Below, in pieces: positions 30,186 through 41,900 of a stretch of 64,000 nt of DNA (within the stretch, counting starts at the first letter, position 1; each line of letters starts with the position of its first letter). The notes beneath the pieces were generated by a model. The model saw nothing but the letters and a program-made list of their open reading frames with translations. It did no database searches and was not told the DNA's origin. The stretch is from a virus: positions 1 through 64,000 of the IMG/VR virus record IMGVR_UViG_3300027710_000017; one strand, written 5' to 3'. The translations under genes were made by a program, and so were the position numbers.

Positions 30186-30486
30186 TTAGCCACTCTTTCG
30201 CTTTCTTTCTTCTTTCAATTCTCTGAGCTGTATCCTCTTCGATACGTGATTTAGACTCAATTAGCTTATCTATGTTGCTTGCAAAATTCTTCCAATTTGG
30301 AGTTGGGTATACATCAAAGTAGTACTCTAGCATTTCGTAGCACACGTGCATTCCATAAGAGTCTATGATTGCGTCTGCTGCCCAAGCTTCGGCCCACCTA
30401 TTAAGATTTGGCTTTATGTCATATTTGAACTTGTAGTGCTTTTCAAATTTGCTGAGCAAGGCCATCTGGTCTTTGCGCTCAGCCAT
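30178..30486 (-). CDS. Hypothetical protein (possible helicase loader)
   Basis: Overlaps the helicase start; function is a positional inference only. Confidence 0.6.
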   Translation of the reverse strand: MAERKDQMALLSKFEKHYKFKYDIKPNLNRWAEAWAADAIIDSYGMHVCYEMLEYYFDVYPTPNWKNFASNIDKLIESKSRIEEDTAQRIERRKKAKEWLSE

Positions 30487-30487
30487 T

Positions 30488-30697
30488 CTACTTGGCCTCT
30501 ACCTCAGCCGATGCCTCTTTAACCTTAGAGGCTAACTTGTCCTCAACAAAAGCATAGACACGCTCAAAGGCATCTCCGATGTTCTCACCATCACGCTTGT
30601 TGTCTTGGATCTCTACGTCAATTCGTAGTGACTGAAAGTTTCCTAGATTAAGAGTATAGCCTAAAGCAACCCTTACCTTAGTTTCTTCGTTATTCAT
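30488..30697 (-). CDS. Hypothetical protein
   Basis: LGYTLNLGNFQSLRID; coupled ORF. Confidence 0.7.
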   Translation of the reverse strand: MNNEETKVRVALGYTLNLGNFQSLRIDVEIQDNKRDGENIGDAFERVYAFVEDKLASKVKEASAEVEAK

Positions 30698-30709
30698 ACC
30701 CGTTTCTTT

Positions 30710-31240
30710 CTATATAGATTCTGACCAAATCGGAATGAATCTTCCGTCTTCAGTTCTTGTATATGTCAGTATACCATCGCCCATCCTTCTTGTCAACTCC
30801 TGGATGGATGGAGTTACATCATTTGTAATTAACTTATCTTTCCTAGGTCTTCCCATGTGGTAAGATGCAAGTATATCACGAACTTCTCTTATTTGCGATT
30901 CTGAGTAATAGCTTCTTACCTGCCAGCCAGTTTCTCCGCCTTTTTGTGATCCAGTAGGATATGGAATTATACCACGCTTCATTAAGTTTGGCAAGTATTT
31001 TTTGTGACGATTTACGAGCTCTGCTGTTTGGCCAACAGTATAAGCCCTTTGTCTATTTTTTTTAAAGTCTGATATTAAACAACTTTCTATCTGATCCTTA
31101 ATTATATTATAAACAGACATAATTCCATTAGACTTATTTAAGTGATGAATTCTTACCAAGTCTCCATTTAAGAACCAAACCTTTTTACTTCCAGGAATGA
31201 CTGGAGCGCTATTGTATAGAGCCATGTCCGTTAGTGGCAT
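30710..31240 (-). CDS. MerR-like HTH DNA-binding protein
   Basis: YTVGQTAELVNRH...LMKRGIIP...RSYYSESQI. Confidence 0.65.
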   Translation of the reverse strand: MPLTDMALYNSAPVIPGSKKVWFLNGDLVRIHHLNKSNGIMSVYNIIKDQIESCLISDFKKNRQRAYTVGQTAELVNRHKKYLPNLMKRGIIPYPTGSQKGGETGWQVRSYYSESQIREVRDILASYHMGRPRKDKLITNDVTPSIQELTRRMGDGILTYTRTEDGRFIPIWSESI

Positions 31241-31247
31241 GAAAAAC

Positions 31248-31700
31248 CTAGCTTGGGATTCCTACTGCAAGAATATTAATACCTATAGACGCAGTACCAC
31301 TTGTTCCAAATTTTACAACGCCTTCAATTCTAGATGTAGTGACCAAAGTTAAAACAACAGAAACGTCACCACCACTTTCAGTTCCAGATACGTTAATTGG
31401 TGTTGCTGTTACAATAGGTGGATATTTAAAATCGGCAGCTGGGAAGTTATATGAAAAGCTCGTCGACGATCCAGCTGTGACATCAGTATTTGGTGCAAGT
31501 TCATAGTACCCTCCGACAACCCTAGTGTCAGCAATACGAACATCCTGCCTACCGATGTTTGCGGCAGGGGTTTCAATTGAGCTAAACTTATTTGAAGAGT
31601 ATGAGGCTTGAAGGGAAAGCTGATTTACAGCATTTGCAAGCTGATAGATATACGAAAGGTCAAGTGGTTGCCCTCGCTCTGGTACTGGAATGTTTGCCAT
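31248..31700 (-). CDS. Minor virion protein, C-terminal H-type-lectin/gp53-like beta domain
   Basis: FKYPPIVTATP...INILAVG; end of tail module. Confidence 0.55.
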   Translation of the reverse strand: MANIPVPERGQPLDLSYIYQLANAVNQLSLQASYSSNKFSSIETPAANIGRQDVRIADTRVVGGYYELAPNTDVTAGSSTSFSYNFPAADFKYPPIVTATPINVSGTESGGDVSVVLTLVTTSRIEGVVKFGTSGTASIGINILAVGIPS

Positions 31701-31718
31701 TTTTCTCCTAAACTAATA

Positions 31719-32141
31719 TTATACCAGAGGTATAATCTCCGATTCGTAAATCTCTAAAGCAACGCTGCGGGTCTTAGATATTCCAGATACCTGAATCGCA
31801 TACCTAAAAGACTCTGTTGCTTGGTTGATAAAGCTATAGGTGTGAACAGAAGACGATCCATGGTAAAAATAATCATCATTATCAAACTTAACAAAGATAT
31901 CATATTCTGGCCTGCTCTCTTCATCTTCCCATACCACAGTTACAATATCTGGGCTTTGAATATACTTAGAATCTACTGGTGTGGGTGGTTTAGCATTTAA
32001 AGAAAAAACTGGAGACCAGGCAGAGACTCTGTTTTTGTCATCCGAAACTATCCTGTATCTAACCAGATACTTATTGTCATTAGTAACGTTGGTCAGGGAT
32101 GATTTTGGAATTATTACTTTTTTAATTTCCCTGTCTGCCAC
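31719..32141 (-). CDS. Minor tail protein (Ig/Fn3-like)
   Basis: YLVRYRIVS..SAWSP; tail module position. Confidence 0.55.
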   Translation of the reverse strand: MADREIKKVIIPKSSLTNVTNDNKYLVRYRIVSDDKNRVSAWSPVFSLNAKPPTPVDSKYIQSPDIVTVVWEDEESRPEYDIFVKFDNDDYFYHGSSSVHTYSFINQATESFRYAIQVSGISKTRSVALEIYESEIIPLV

Positions 32142-33313
32142 TAGTCTACCCCAATTGCAATTCTAAATTCAATATAGTTTGATGTATTTGAAGACTTTAC
32201 TATTGGCAATGCCCCGTCGGATTTTATAACAGAATAACCAGTAAGGCCGTATAGTGGGTTTGTGGTTGTAAGATTTTCGAGTCTCATTCCATCTATAGCA
32301 ATGTAGTAATCTGAAGACCCCTCTCCATCCTTAGAAACTTCGGCATAAACTCTTGCAGTATTTGCAGTGTTCCAGTTAAATCCAGGTGTGTAGTAAAGAT
32401 CCTGTATTTGTTTTGAGGACACAAAGTATCTATTCTGAGTAAAGTTTTTTTCTTCTGGAGCAGTTCCAGAGGAAAATGCAGTGTGATCAATGTTTACAGC
32501 AAAGCTTGCATACTGCTGCGGAGTGGTTGATGAGAAAAATCTAACCAATACCTTTAGATTGTCTGGCACGTTAGAATCTTCGCCATCCTTATTGATCAAA
32601 GAGAAGGCAAGCTTGATTCTGTCTGTTGGTGCATTTTTGCTAAAACTAAAAGATGTTTGAGCTCTTTCTATATAATTTCCAGAAGCAACCGTCACGCCCT
32701 GATTAACATCACTCTGTAGTTCTGAGCTATCTCCAACAATCATAATCATGTTATTGAAGAACCTACATCTTTCGTTCCTGTTAACTCTAGTGCTATCTGT
32801 AAAAATTCTATTGTCTGCATTGGTATGGAATATTGGAGTTTCCCTCATTGTTCCATTCACAATATACTCACCAGTGATTACGTTATTCCCAGCAGTATCT
32901 AGTGGTGCATAGACTGAAGGGATCTCGTCTGACCCTAAATACTTCCAGCCTTCTGTTTGATTAAACAAGAAAAAGTTTTTGCTGTCAAATGCCCCTGCTG
33001 ATGGGTTTGACTGTGCTGGAAAAATTCCAACCTCTGTAATCTCGTATCGCTCTTCTGTAGGCAATTCAGCAGTTAAGACTAGTTTAGTCAAATTGTTTTC
33101 ATTAATATAGCCTTTTGAAATAATGGGAACACGAAACATTTCAAAGTCTAACGACTTCTTCTCTGAATACTCTGCCTTTTGTTCCTCAGTAAATCCTGAA
33201 GTTTCACTATTCAATGCAGAGGGTCCGCAACCAACAGCAATATATGAGGCATAGGCTGGCGTCTGACCAACCAAATATTTGGCTAGTATGCCTTTTCCTG
33301 TATTTGTAATCAC
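32141..33313 (-). CDS. Minor tail/baseplate protein
   Basis: MITNTGK..LAKYL...YIAVGCG...ITEVGIF N-terminus typical of tail collar/baseplate proteins. Confidence 0.6.
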   Translation of the reverse strand: MITNTGKGILAKYLVGQTPAYASYIAVGCGPSALNSETSGFTEEQKAEYSEKKSLDFEMFRVPIISKGYINENNLTKLVLTAELPTEERYEITEVGIFPAQSNPSAGAFDSKNFFLFNQTEGWKYLGSDEIPSVYAPLDTAGNNVITGEYIVNGTMRETPIFHTNADNRIFTDSTRVNRNERCRFFNNMIMIVGDSSELQSDVNQGVTVASGNYIERAQTSFSFSKNAPTDRIKLAFSLINKDGEDSNVPDNLKVLVRFFSSTTPQQYASFAVNIDHTAFSSGTAPEEKNFTQNRYFVSSKQIQDLYYTPGFNWNTANTARVYAEVSKDGEGSSDYYIAIDGMRLENLTTTNPLYGLTGYSVIKSDGALPIVKSSNTSNYIEFRIAIGVD

Positions 33314-33852
33314 TACGAAAGCTCCTCAGAATATATTGTATCATGTAGCTCCCGAATATTGGAGATAATTTGTACCTCAACTTGCTCTTCTGGCTTTAAG
33401 TTAATTAGATCAATCACTATATCGCCAGTATTTGGCTCTACATAAACATACTCACAGGTAGAAATAGACAGCTGTGGCTCGCCTGGGGCAGTAAAGATGT
33501 AGTATCCACTGCCGCACTCTGGAGTTTTATTAGAAAGAGAGATTGCAAAATTCTTAAAGTAGTCCCTGTCTGTTCTTGACAAAGGAATAATATTGTCTGA
33601 CCTATACTGATACGACAAGCCAGAAAGATTTTTGATAGGCTGATACGTCACATTTTGACCATTTATAATATCATTTCTAACAATGTTAATTATTTCCTGG
33701 CCACCGATATCTTCAAATATCAGATCAACCATGACGTCTTCTGTTAGCGTGCTATCAGAGAAGTTTAACAACTCTGGCGTTGCAATTTTTACAGAGCTAG
33801 ATGTGCTTGAGTTATAAACTTTTTTATCTACTGATAATGGCTTAGATTCCAT
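33313..33852 (-). CDS. Minor tail protein
   Basis: Translationally coupled within the tail module. Confidence 0.55.
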   Translation of the reverse strand: MESKPLSVDKKVYNSSTSSSVKIATPELLNFSDSTLTEDVMVDLIFEDIGGQEIINIVRNDIINGQNVTYQPIKNLSGLSYQYRSDNIIPLSRTDRDYFKNFAISLSNKTPECGSGYYIFTAPGEPQLSISTCEYVYVEPNTGDIVIDLINLKPEEQVEVQIISNIRELHDTIYSEELS

Positions 33853-36800
33853 TATGCTACCTCACTTAAAAATATAGACATCTCTGGACCCTCTGTAGTT
33901 CCAGAATATTCTATTTGATAAACTACAAACCTGTCAGCCTCTAAAGCTACTTGATCCACATTATCACTGTCCTTATAGTTAATCTTTACGATATCACCGA
34001 GCTGCAATATTGGCATTCCAAACACGGTAAGGCCTACGGATTTTCTTGGCTTCATGATTTTAGAAATCATCCAGGACATTAGATTTTCTGCATCGTCATG
34101 GGACTGAATGTATGGTGCGTCTAGAGTAAAGTCTTTTTTACCATGAGTTAGTCGGCTAACCTTAATGTCTTGATATTCCTGCTTAGCTTTTGCTGTATAG
34201 CTTACCAGCTGCTGTGAATCAAACTGTGTGCTAGACAAATCACTATTTTTATCGAAGTACTCATCTACCGTTAGCTCGTGTGTCGACTGTTGGGTAAATG
34301 TTACACCCTGAATTCTTAAATAGTTGTTGCTTGTTTCGTCTAGGCTTAAAGCCGTGTCTGTTGCATTAAATATTAAGAACTCTGCACCATAAGCAGTTGC
34401 CATAAATCCAGAAGTTGTGTAGCCCTGCATCTTATTAAAGGTTGGAGAAAGCTTAGCGTACAAAGCTGGATAAGCCTTATCATATCTTATATTAAAGTAT
34501 GCGGCTTCACGCATAATTGTGCCAAACTCTTCAAAATAGATATTATATCTTGGTGGCTCTGAAGAACTGATCCCAGAAAGATATGTTGCCTTTATTGCGC
34601 CAGTAAGTCCATACTTTCTAAATGACTCATTCATTCCAGCTTCATCTTGTAAAAAGACATCGCTTATTGGGGTGTCTAAAGCATAAGACGTGTTTTGAGA
34701 ATAGTTGTTTGATATTGCATAAACATTTTCAAACATTGCCCTTGCACCACCACGCACAAAAAGACACATATTTTTGTGTATTGGTAGCGGATCTTCGTCT
34801 ACAACTGTAGCAATTAGCTTATTATTAATGTACAGGAAGAATTTTCTAGATGCTCCAATGTCCTGGTATTCAACTGCAAGATCATATACCGTTGGCTTAG
34901 CTTCATTTGCCATCCTGTACTGCCCAGTAAAGTTTCCGTCATCTACTAGGATTTGAGCCAAACCACCATAAAGCTTTACTGGTATTGCTTTTGTTGTTGG
35001 CCCAGTAGCTGGCTTTGCGACCTTATAAAATAATACGTTATGAATTTCATCTGCATTGTCATATGAGTTTATGTTGTCTTCAGTCAAAGCAGCGATCTCA
35101 AAGAAATATCCATTATTTGTTTCAGGATTTACCAGAATGCCGAGTCCGCCAGACGCCCCTGAAATTATAGAAGGCTGGCTTGGGTTACTTGCAGAGCCAA
35201 GGAAGTATGAAGATGACCCAATTGGAGTCTGAATACTATTAACATTATTTTCAACCTTTCCAATAATTCTCATCCTAGACCCAAAATGCTTGTACTTATC
35301 ATCTAAAGGCTTATACACATATGAAATAAAGTCAGTTGGTACGTCAGAGGTGGTGAATGCTGGTCCAGTAAATACAAAAGCAGATGACTGCATTGTTCCT
35401 GGCGCAATCGAGTCCTCCGAAATATTCTCCAACTCTGGACGATATGTCAAAAGATTTTTCAGAATTCCAGTTCTAGAAGAGTTTTGAGCTAGGGAATTGT
35501 TTATTCCTGCTGCTCCAGAAGTAACAGACTGCGTTGATGGCTTTCCAAATAGCTGAGTTCCGTCCATGACACATCCACGAACATTTTGATTATCTGACCA
35601 ATAAGAAGGCAAGCCTGCTGAGTGAACAACAGCTTTAGTGCCAAACTGCTCCCTACCATGCTTTGCAACTGCACCTTCTGCAAGCCTGGTTTCGTTATCT
35701 GTAATGACATAATTTGGCTCTGCGTATATTCTTACTCTACCAGTTGGATACATTTTTCCATTAAATGGAAGCTTTGCAAAATATTTTTGGTAATCTCTTA
35801 CGCTAGAAATCCACACTCTGCCAATACCACCAGATACAGATGTGTCTGCAGTTATTTCTCCATTAATATTTTCCTGCAATACAGTTCTTTCTACTCCAGG
35901 AATTTCAAACTCTACAGCATCATATTTTATAATTTCGCCATTTGCATAAAAGTATCCGTTATACCTTGTAATCCAATAGACACTTTCTCCAAGATCCATT
36001 GTATTATTTTGGATAGCTCCATTAACAATAACTGGTAGCTGGTCAGTAAGAGTGGTGCTTAGCGGGATTGCCCCAAGCACGAAGTTTGACTGATTATTTA
36101 CAACATCATTTACAGACTTTGTATTTTCAGAGCCAGCGACTTCCCAAAGCAGTGCTGGCTTATAGATCCAAACCTTGTCCTTGTCTATCATGCTTGCCTG
36201 CCTGATTGTCCCGTAAGACCTCTGGATATACCTGGTGCTGTAGTTAATCTTACCGCCGTTGAATACCTCATCTTTTTGACTTGCTATTTCAATGATGTTT
36301 GCCAACTTGGTACTTGTTGTTTTATTACTTATTTGTCCGTCTACAGAAAAATCTTTTGACCCATAAAGAGTTAAGTCTAGCTCTCTTTCGGATTCTGAAG
36401 GTAGCATGTACTCTTTTGACATTACGACAAGATTGTTATACTCATCAAAGAACATTGCACTTTGTGTTGACACAGCTATGTCATTTAATACTTCTGCTAA
36501 AGATTTATCTGGGGCAACAAAAAAGCTTGGAATAATTGGCTCTGAAAGATCACTCACTCTTTTAAATACGTAATTTGAAAAACCAATAGAGTCTAGTATC
36601 ATTGATACGGCATAGCTTAGTGATGCATTTTGAATGAATGTCTGAGGGGCAAGCTTTGATTCAAAGTAAAAGAATAGATCCCTAAGCTCTAGCGTCACAG
36701 ATCTATCTGCTGATGTTAGGTCTGGAATTTCCTCTGAGTACATAGTTTTAATTGGAATATAATAATCGATACCGCTAACATCCAGGATAACCTCATAGAG

Positions 36801-38213
36801 CTTAAACTGAATTCCCTTATTCAGATAATTTCTAACAATGCTTTTTTGATTATAAGAGCTAAAGGCTAGATCATAGTCAAATAGCGACAGTGAGCCAACC
36901 CCAGCTAAAAGTTGTCCAACTGGCATTCCACTATTTCCTAAGTCTGATGCGGATTTAGTAATCTTAAATGACTCAACCTTATCGGAAAGGTCAACGGCAA
37001 GCCTAGGAGATAGCTCAATTAGATCTAGGGTGGAATCTACCTTGTTCATTGTATCTACGACTATGCGTATTCCAGAAATCTCGTCGAACTCTCTATACTT
37101 GATAAGTCCGTCTACTGGATCTACATAGGATGCTGGATCAGTTAGGTTTGTTGCAAAATTTGTAAGCTTGTCTACCTGAGACTCTTCTAGGTACCAGCCA
37201 TATTCTGGAACAAAAACCTCATAGTCTTCAGTAGACTCTATCCAAATATGATACGTACCAATGTCTGTATCTGTTTCTTTAATTAGATAAGCATAACCAT
37301 TTGTGGACGTCTCTGGCAAAAAGCTTTCTGTGTAATACTCGTCTGCTTTTACAAAGATATCTCGATAGCCTTCTGGCACCATAAGGCCATAGGACAACTC
37401 AACATATCCGTCAGACTTGATAATTGCAGATCCGTCTTGCCTTGTTGAGCTAAAGTCAAAAGAAGCAGCGTCTACCCAGTCATTATCTTTTAGGGTTTGA
37501 ACCTTCCACTTTACTGGCGTAGTTTTATTTTGATCTCCAAAAAACGGATCGTTAAAAGTTCCGCCATTGCCAGAAAATGTTCCAAAGTCTATATCTCCAA
37601 CATTAGTTTGCATCTTTACAACTAGCCTATTTGCTGGCAGGATATTTTTATACACTACAAATGGAGAGGCATCGTCTATGAAGTATTGTCCATTAATTAA
37701 TTTATTTGCAATACCTCGCTCAATTCCATTCTCAGTTCTGTAGGATGACCAGTACTTAAACTGATCTTCTTTATGTGACATGTAATATCTAGGTCTTCTA
37801 ATCATGTCAATGTTAGTGAAATGAGTATACTTTCCAGGAAAATATCTAAGCTTGTTAATTCCAGAGCGTGGCCTGAATTTTCCAAAACAATCTTCTAAGG
37901 AATAAAGTAGTCTTTCTTTTTCTTTTTTAGGAGTAAAAAGAATTGGAGTTTCGTCATCATCCTCAAGTCCGCCGTCTACGACAACGTCGGCATCAGTAGC
38001 GTTTGTATAAAAATTACCAGAGTCATTTTCGTCAAATGAGGTTACTGCTAGGCCATAATCGCTAGATGGGCCCTCTGATGGACGATATCTGTAGTTACCA
38101 ATCTTTAGAATGTTTTCTGCAATATTCATATTCCATTCTGCAATGACTGCAGAATTGCTTTTAATTGTAGAGGATGTTTCTAAATGATTTAATAATTCAT
38201 CATCTTTAAACAT
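33852..38213 (-). CDS. Large tail-tip/hub protein
   Basis: 1453 aa; hub-like C-terminus APYIQS...GMPILQLGDIVKI. Confidence 0.7.
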   Translation of the reverse strand: MFKDDELLNHLETSSTIKSNSAVIAEWNMNIAENILKIGNYRYRPSEGPSSDYGLAVTSFDENDSGNFYTNATDADVVVDGGLEDDDETPILFTPKKEKERLLYSLEDCFGKFRPRSGINKLRYFPGKYTHFTNIDMIRRPRYYMSHKEDQFKYWSSYRTENGIERGIANKLINGQYFIDDASPFVVYKNILPANRLVVKMQTNVGDIDFGTFSGNGGTFNDPFFGDQNKTTPVKWKVQTLKDNDWVDAASFDFSSTRQDGSAIIKSDGYVELSYGLMVPEGYRDIFVKADEYYTESFLPETSTNGYAYLIKETDTDIGTYHIWIESTEDYEVFVPEYGWYLEESQVDKLTNFATNLTDPASYVDPVDGLIKYREFDEISGIRIVVDTMNKVDSTLDLIELSPRLAVDLSDKVESFKITKSASDLGNSGMPVGQLLAGVGSLSLFDYDLAFSSYNQKSIVRNYLNKGIQFKLYEVILDVSGIDYYIPIKTMYSEEIPDLTSADRSVTLELRDLFFYFESKLAPQTFIQNASLSYAVSMILDSIGFSNYVFKRVSDLSEPIIPSFFVAPDKSLAEVLNDIAVSTQSAMFFDEYNNLVVMSKEYMLPSESERELDLTLYGSKDFSVDGQISNKTTSTKLANIIEIASQKDEVFNGGKINYSTRYIQRSYGTIRQASMIDKDKVWIYKPALLWEVAGSENTKSVNDVVNNQSNFVLGAIPLSTTLTDQLPVIVNGAIQNNTMDLGESVYWITRYNGYFYANGEIIKYDAVEFEIPGVERTVLQENINGEITADTSVSGGIGRVWISSVRDYQKYFAKLPFNGKMYPTGRVRIYAEPNYVITDNETRLAEGAVAKHGREQFGTKAVVHSAGLPSYWSDNQNVRGCVMDGTQLFGKPSTQSVTSGAAGINNSLAQNSSRTGILKNLLTYRPELENISEDSIAPGTMQSSAFVFTGPAFTTSDVPTDFISYVYKPLDDKYKHFGSRMRIIGKVENNVNSIQTPIGSSSYFLGSASNPSQPSIISGASGGLGILVNPETNNGYFFEIAALTEDNINSYDNADEIHNVLFYKVAKPATGPTTKAIPVKLYGGLAQILVDDGNFTGQYRMANEAKPTVYDLAVEYQDIGASRKFFLYINNKLIATVVDEDPLPIHKNMCLFVRGGARAMFENVYAISNNYSQNTSYALDTPISDVFLQDEAGMNESFRKYGLTGAIKATYLSGISSSEPPRYNIYFEEFGTIMREAAYFNIRYDKAYPALYAKLSPTFNKMQGYTTSGFMATAYGAEFLIFNATDTALSLDETSNNYLRIQGVTFTQQSTHELTVDEYFDKNSDLSSTQFDSQQLVSYTAKAKQEYQDIKVSRLTHGKKDFTLDAPYIQSHDDAENLMSWMISKIMKPRKSVGLTVFGMPILQLGDIVKINYKDSDNVDQVALEADRFVVYQIEYSGTTEGPEMSIFLSEVA

Positions 38214-38912
38214 TTACACCTCTTCCAGCGTTACCGATATGTTCCAAAAATCATGGGTACTGGATCCACGCTTAACAACAGTATAGGAAAAATCTGAAAT
38301 AAACATTTCAATCAGTTGATTATAGTGTGGCAAATGCGAATATGTTTCACTATTGTTTTCAAAAACAGAATACTTGTCGTATGCAAGGTACACCCAAAAA
38401 GAACCTTTGTAGTTTTCGTACCATCTCAAAATTTCTACTCCACCTGCGCCACCATCTGTTGTATACTGCTCAGAAGAGTTTGTTGTATTAGGCAAGATTA
38501 TGAATGATCCATCGTCTCCTGGCTCTCTAGATCCTACAGTATTTAAATCTGACTTACCAGTTGCCTGGTCAAAATTTGGGCTTAGCTTATGAGACCTAGA
38601 TGGTAGCATATTCCAAGAAGTAGAAACTGTTAGTTTATCTGCAATATGATAAGACCTCATCCTACCATTTACCATTCTTTTTCTATTCTCAATTCTTGTT
38701 GGGGTAAACTCTATTGAGGACCTGTTGTCGTCAGATAGAATTAGAAATTGTCCTAGGCTACCTGTTTGAGCATTAAAGCTTGTCTCAGAGTTAACCTCAA
38801 GACCGCTGGGGATGTATAGTCCATCTACAAGCGTGCCAGGGTTTTCAGACCATAGCATAGCTTGTGGTCTTTGATATTTTTTACGGCCTAGCATGTAGTC
38901 TTCTGTAGCCAT
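38214..38912 (-). CDS. Distal tail protein-like
   Basis: Directly after the TMP; RMVNGRMRSYHIADK...WNISVTLEEV. Confidence 0.6.
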   Translation of the reverse strand: MATEDYMLGRKKYQRPQAMLWSENPGTLVDGLYIPSGLEVNSETSFNAQTGSLGQFLILSDDNRSSIEFTPTRIENRKRMVNGRMRSYHIADKLTVSTSWNMLPSRSHKLSPNFDQATGKSDLNTVGSREPGDDGSFIILPNTTNSSEQYTTDGGAGGVEILRWYENYKGSFWVYLAYDKYSVFENNSETYSHLPHYNQLIEMFISDFSYTVVKRGSSTHDFWNISVTLEEV

Positions 38913-41900
38913 TAAAACTTATTCCCCCTAATCCTTTGAGAGTCAATCTGCTTAATTTGTCCAATAACGGATCTAGCAATCTGATCTGCATTGGCATCTG
39001 TTTTAACATTAACGTTTACCTCATAATTATACACTGAATCGCTGGAATGTGTTCCATTATTTATTGCTTTCATCTTGTCTACACCATACTTTTCAACGGC
39101 ATATTTGCGAACGACAAATTCTCCTGGAGTAAGCATTGCAGGGACGGTATCCGTACCCTTAGGCTCAAATATTCCACCATCACCCATGTATGGAACAGGG
39201 CCTCCCTGAGACATCATTAGCTTAGCTCCCTTGGCATTGTACGGAGTGTTGCCTGTTGGAGAGGTAAACTTATCTCCAGTAAGTGGATCTCTAAAGACTA
39301 TTCCAGTATTTACCCTAGCATCTGCCACAGGAACAAAATACCCACGAGTAGGATCGTAAGTTACCGACTCTCTGGTGGATGTGGCAGGAGCTGGTGGAAG
39401 AGCTGCTGACAGAGTCTTTGACCCAAGACTATTCCAGTGAGACACAATGTCTTTAACAATATCTAGGGCTGCTTGCATGGCATCCTTGAAGGGTTGGCTA
39501 GAAGTAACTGCTAAGTCAATGCCGTTTTTTATCTGTGTCCATTCAAGCTTTGTTTTGTTAAGGACTGTTAGGGCTTCGGTAGCTACAGCAAGATTTGCCT
39601 CAGCAATTCGAACAGCTTCTGCTGCTGGCTCTAACCTTGTTTCTTCAATCTTAAAGATTTCTTTTTCAACTCTTAGAATTTCTGCTTCTAGCTCTGTTCT
39701 AGATTTACCGCCAGAAGACCTAAGGTTGCTTAGGGCTCCTTGCCTTGACGCCTCTAGCATATCTCTCTGAGTTCCAATAGCACCCTGAGCAGATTGAGCC
39801 CTCATCTCCTGGGCTGCTCTTGCTGCTGCTGCAATGTCTCCCTGGCTTAGTGCGTCGGCAAGAGAGATCTGTGTTTTCTGCTGTGCGGAAATTGCATCGT
39901 TTGCCTTTTCAATTTTATCTAGCGCATCTAGTCTCTTGTCGTACTTTTCATTAACAGAATCTTCTTGCCATTCAATTTCTTGGATACCAGCCTGAAGGTT
40001 ATCCATTTGGAATTGTAGTGCAGCTATTTCTCTTTGAGCCTGGGCCAATATTTCTCTAGCACCCTTTTGAGCCACACCAGCAATACTAAAGTCTTTTAGC
40101 TTAATTTCCATATCAATCTGAAGCTTTTCTTCTTGCGCAGAGAAGGCTTCCATTGCTTTGTTAAAGCCATCATCAAAAACAGATTGCTTAAAGTCAATGT
40201 CGTTAATTACTTGCTGCATACGTGTAGCAAATTCTGCTGGCAGTTCTGTTATCATACCGCTCAAGAACTTTTGGTATGTTTCTGAAAGTGTTGAGTCGAA
40301 CTCAATTGCTGCTTGCTGTAACTCTGTAAACTTAGTATTGTTTGTGCTAAAAGCATTCTTCATTGCGCTTTCGCCTGAAGCCTGCTGAATATCTTCAATC
40401 AGCTGGAGTCTTGATGCTACTAGGCCTACCTTAGCTGCTGAATCATTAGCATCCTTTCCTAACTGCTTAAGCTCTTTAGAGCTTATGTCTTTTGAGGCAA
40501 TTGCAGCTGCAACGGCTGGGTCCTCTATAGCCTTCAGAGCTTCTGCCACAGACATACCTGCAGCAACTAACTTGTTGAATGCCGTTGACTGGTTCAGGGC
40601 GTCTCTGGAAGCTTCTTTAAGTCCAACCTGGAACTCTCCCAAGGCAATTTCATTAAATACCTTGGCCATGTTTTTGCCAGCCTCTTTAAGTGTAACGATT
40701 CCATTCTTAACTCTTATAAACTTATCTTGAATATCCTTATCAAGTCCTAGTAAGTAATCAATGAAGGTCCTGTTAACTCCTCGGCCAATTAGCTGCTGCT
40801 CAATACCCTTAAACTGCTTCATGTTTTTATTTCCGCCGAGCCACTTATTAAGCTCTGTAATTCCACCAGTTGCTTTTACTGCTGCTTCACGTATTTCTCT
40901 AAGCCTTTGCAACGGCTCTTCGTAAGGGTCTTGCTTCGCTCCGCCTGTAGGTGGAGTTTTAGCATTTGGATCAAAGTCTCCGAGGGTCATATCTGCATTT
41001 CCAGTTTCAGCTTTTTGGAAAGACATAGCTTCTGCATACTCTTTTAAGATTATAGGGTCTGGAGAGTTTGCCCACGCAGCACCTTCTGATTTTAACCAGG
41101 CCTGAACTTTTGGATCGTGAACTGTTTTGACTGAGCTTATTATTGTTGCATACGTTCTCAAGAAGATTTCTTTGCCCTCTTCTGTGAGTTTTTCAAACTC
41201 TGCTATGTCCTGACCAACTAAGTTTAAGTTTTCTGCACCGACTATATCTGCTACAACTTTAACAGTAATAGGGCCCTTTATTTTATCTATTTCATCATAC
41301 ATTCCCTGAAGTTTTTTAGCTGCAGTTGGATTTTTAATAAAGAAGTCTACTGCAAAAGCAGCATCTTTTCCAGATGCCTGAGTTACCTTTGTATAAAAGT
41401 CAATTATATCTGCAGCTTCTTTTGAAGTTTTTGCCCCGTCAACTTGAGCAACAAATGAGGAAACGACGCTATCTATTGGCTTTCCAGTTACTGGATCTGT
41501 AAAAAATTGAGTCATTGCAGATACTTGATTTGCAAAGGCTCCGCCATATTTTGTAATAATATTTACAGTTCTTGTTTGTGTTGATTCTGGCATTGAAAGA
41601 ATATTGACAAGCTGTACTGGGTCAACCTCTTTAGATGCAAGCTGCATTGTAACTAGATACTTTTTCTCTGGTGTCAGATTAGACGATTCCAAATTCTTTA
41701 ATCCAAGAGCTGCAACTGCTGCCATTGGAGTATCTTTATATGCAGCTGTGACAGAAGTTTTTGCACCAGTCATTAAGGCATCTTGTAATTCTGGACTTGC
41801 TGTTTTGTAGCTCTCCATAATTCCAGTAGTTAGTTTTTGATTTTGAGTTAAAATATCTACTCTTGCATCTTCTAATTCTTTGAGGAGCTTGGCCTTTTTT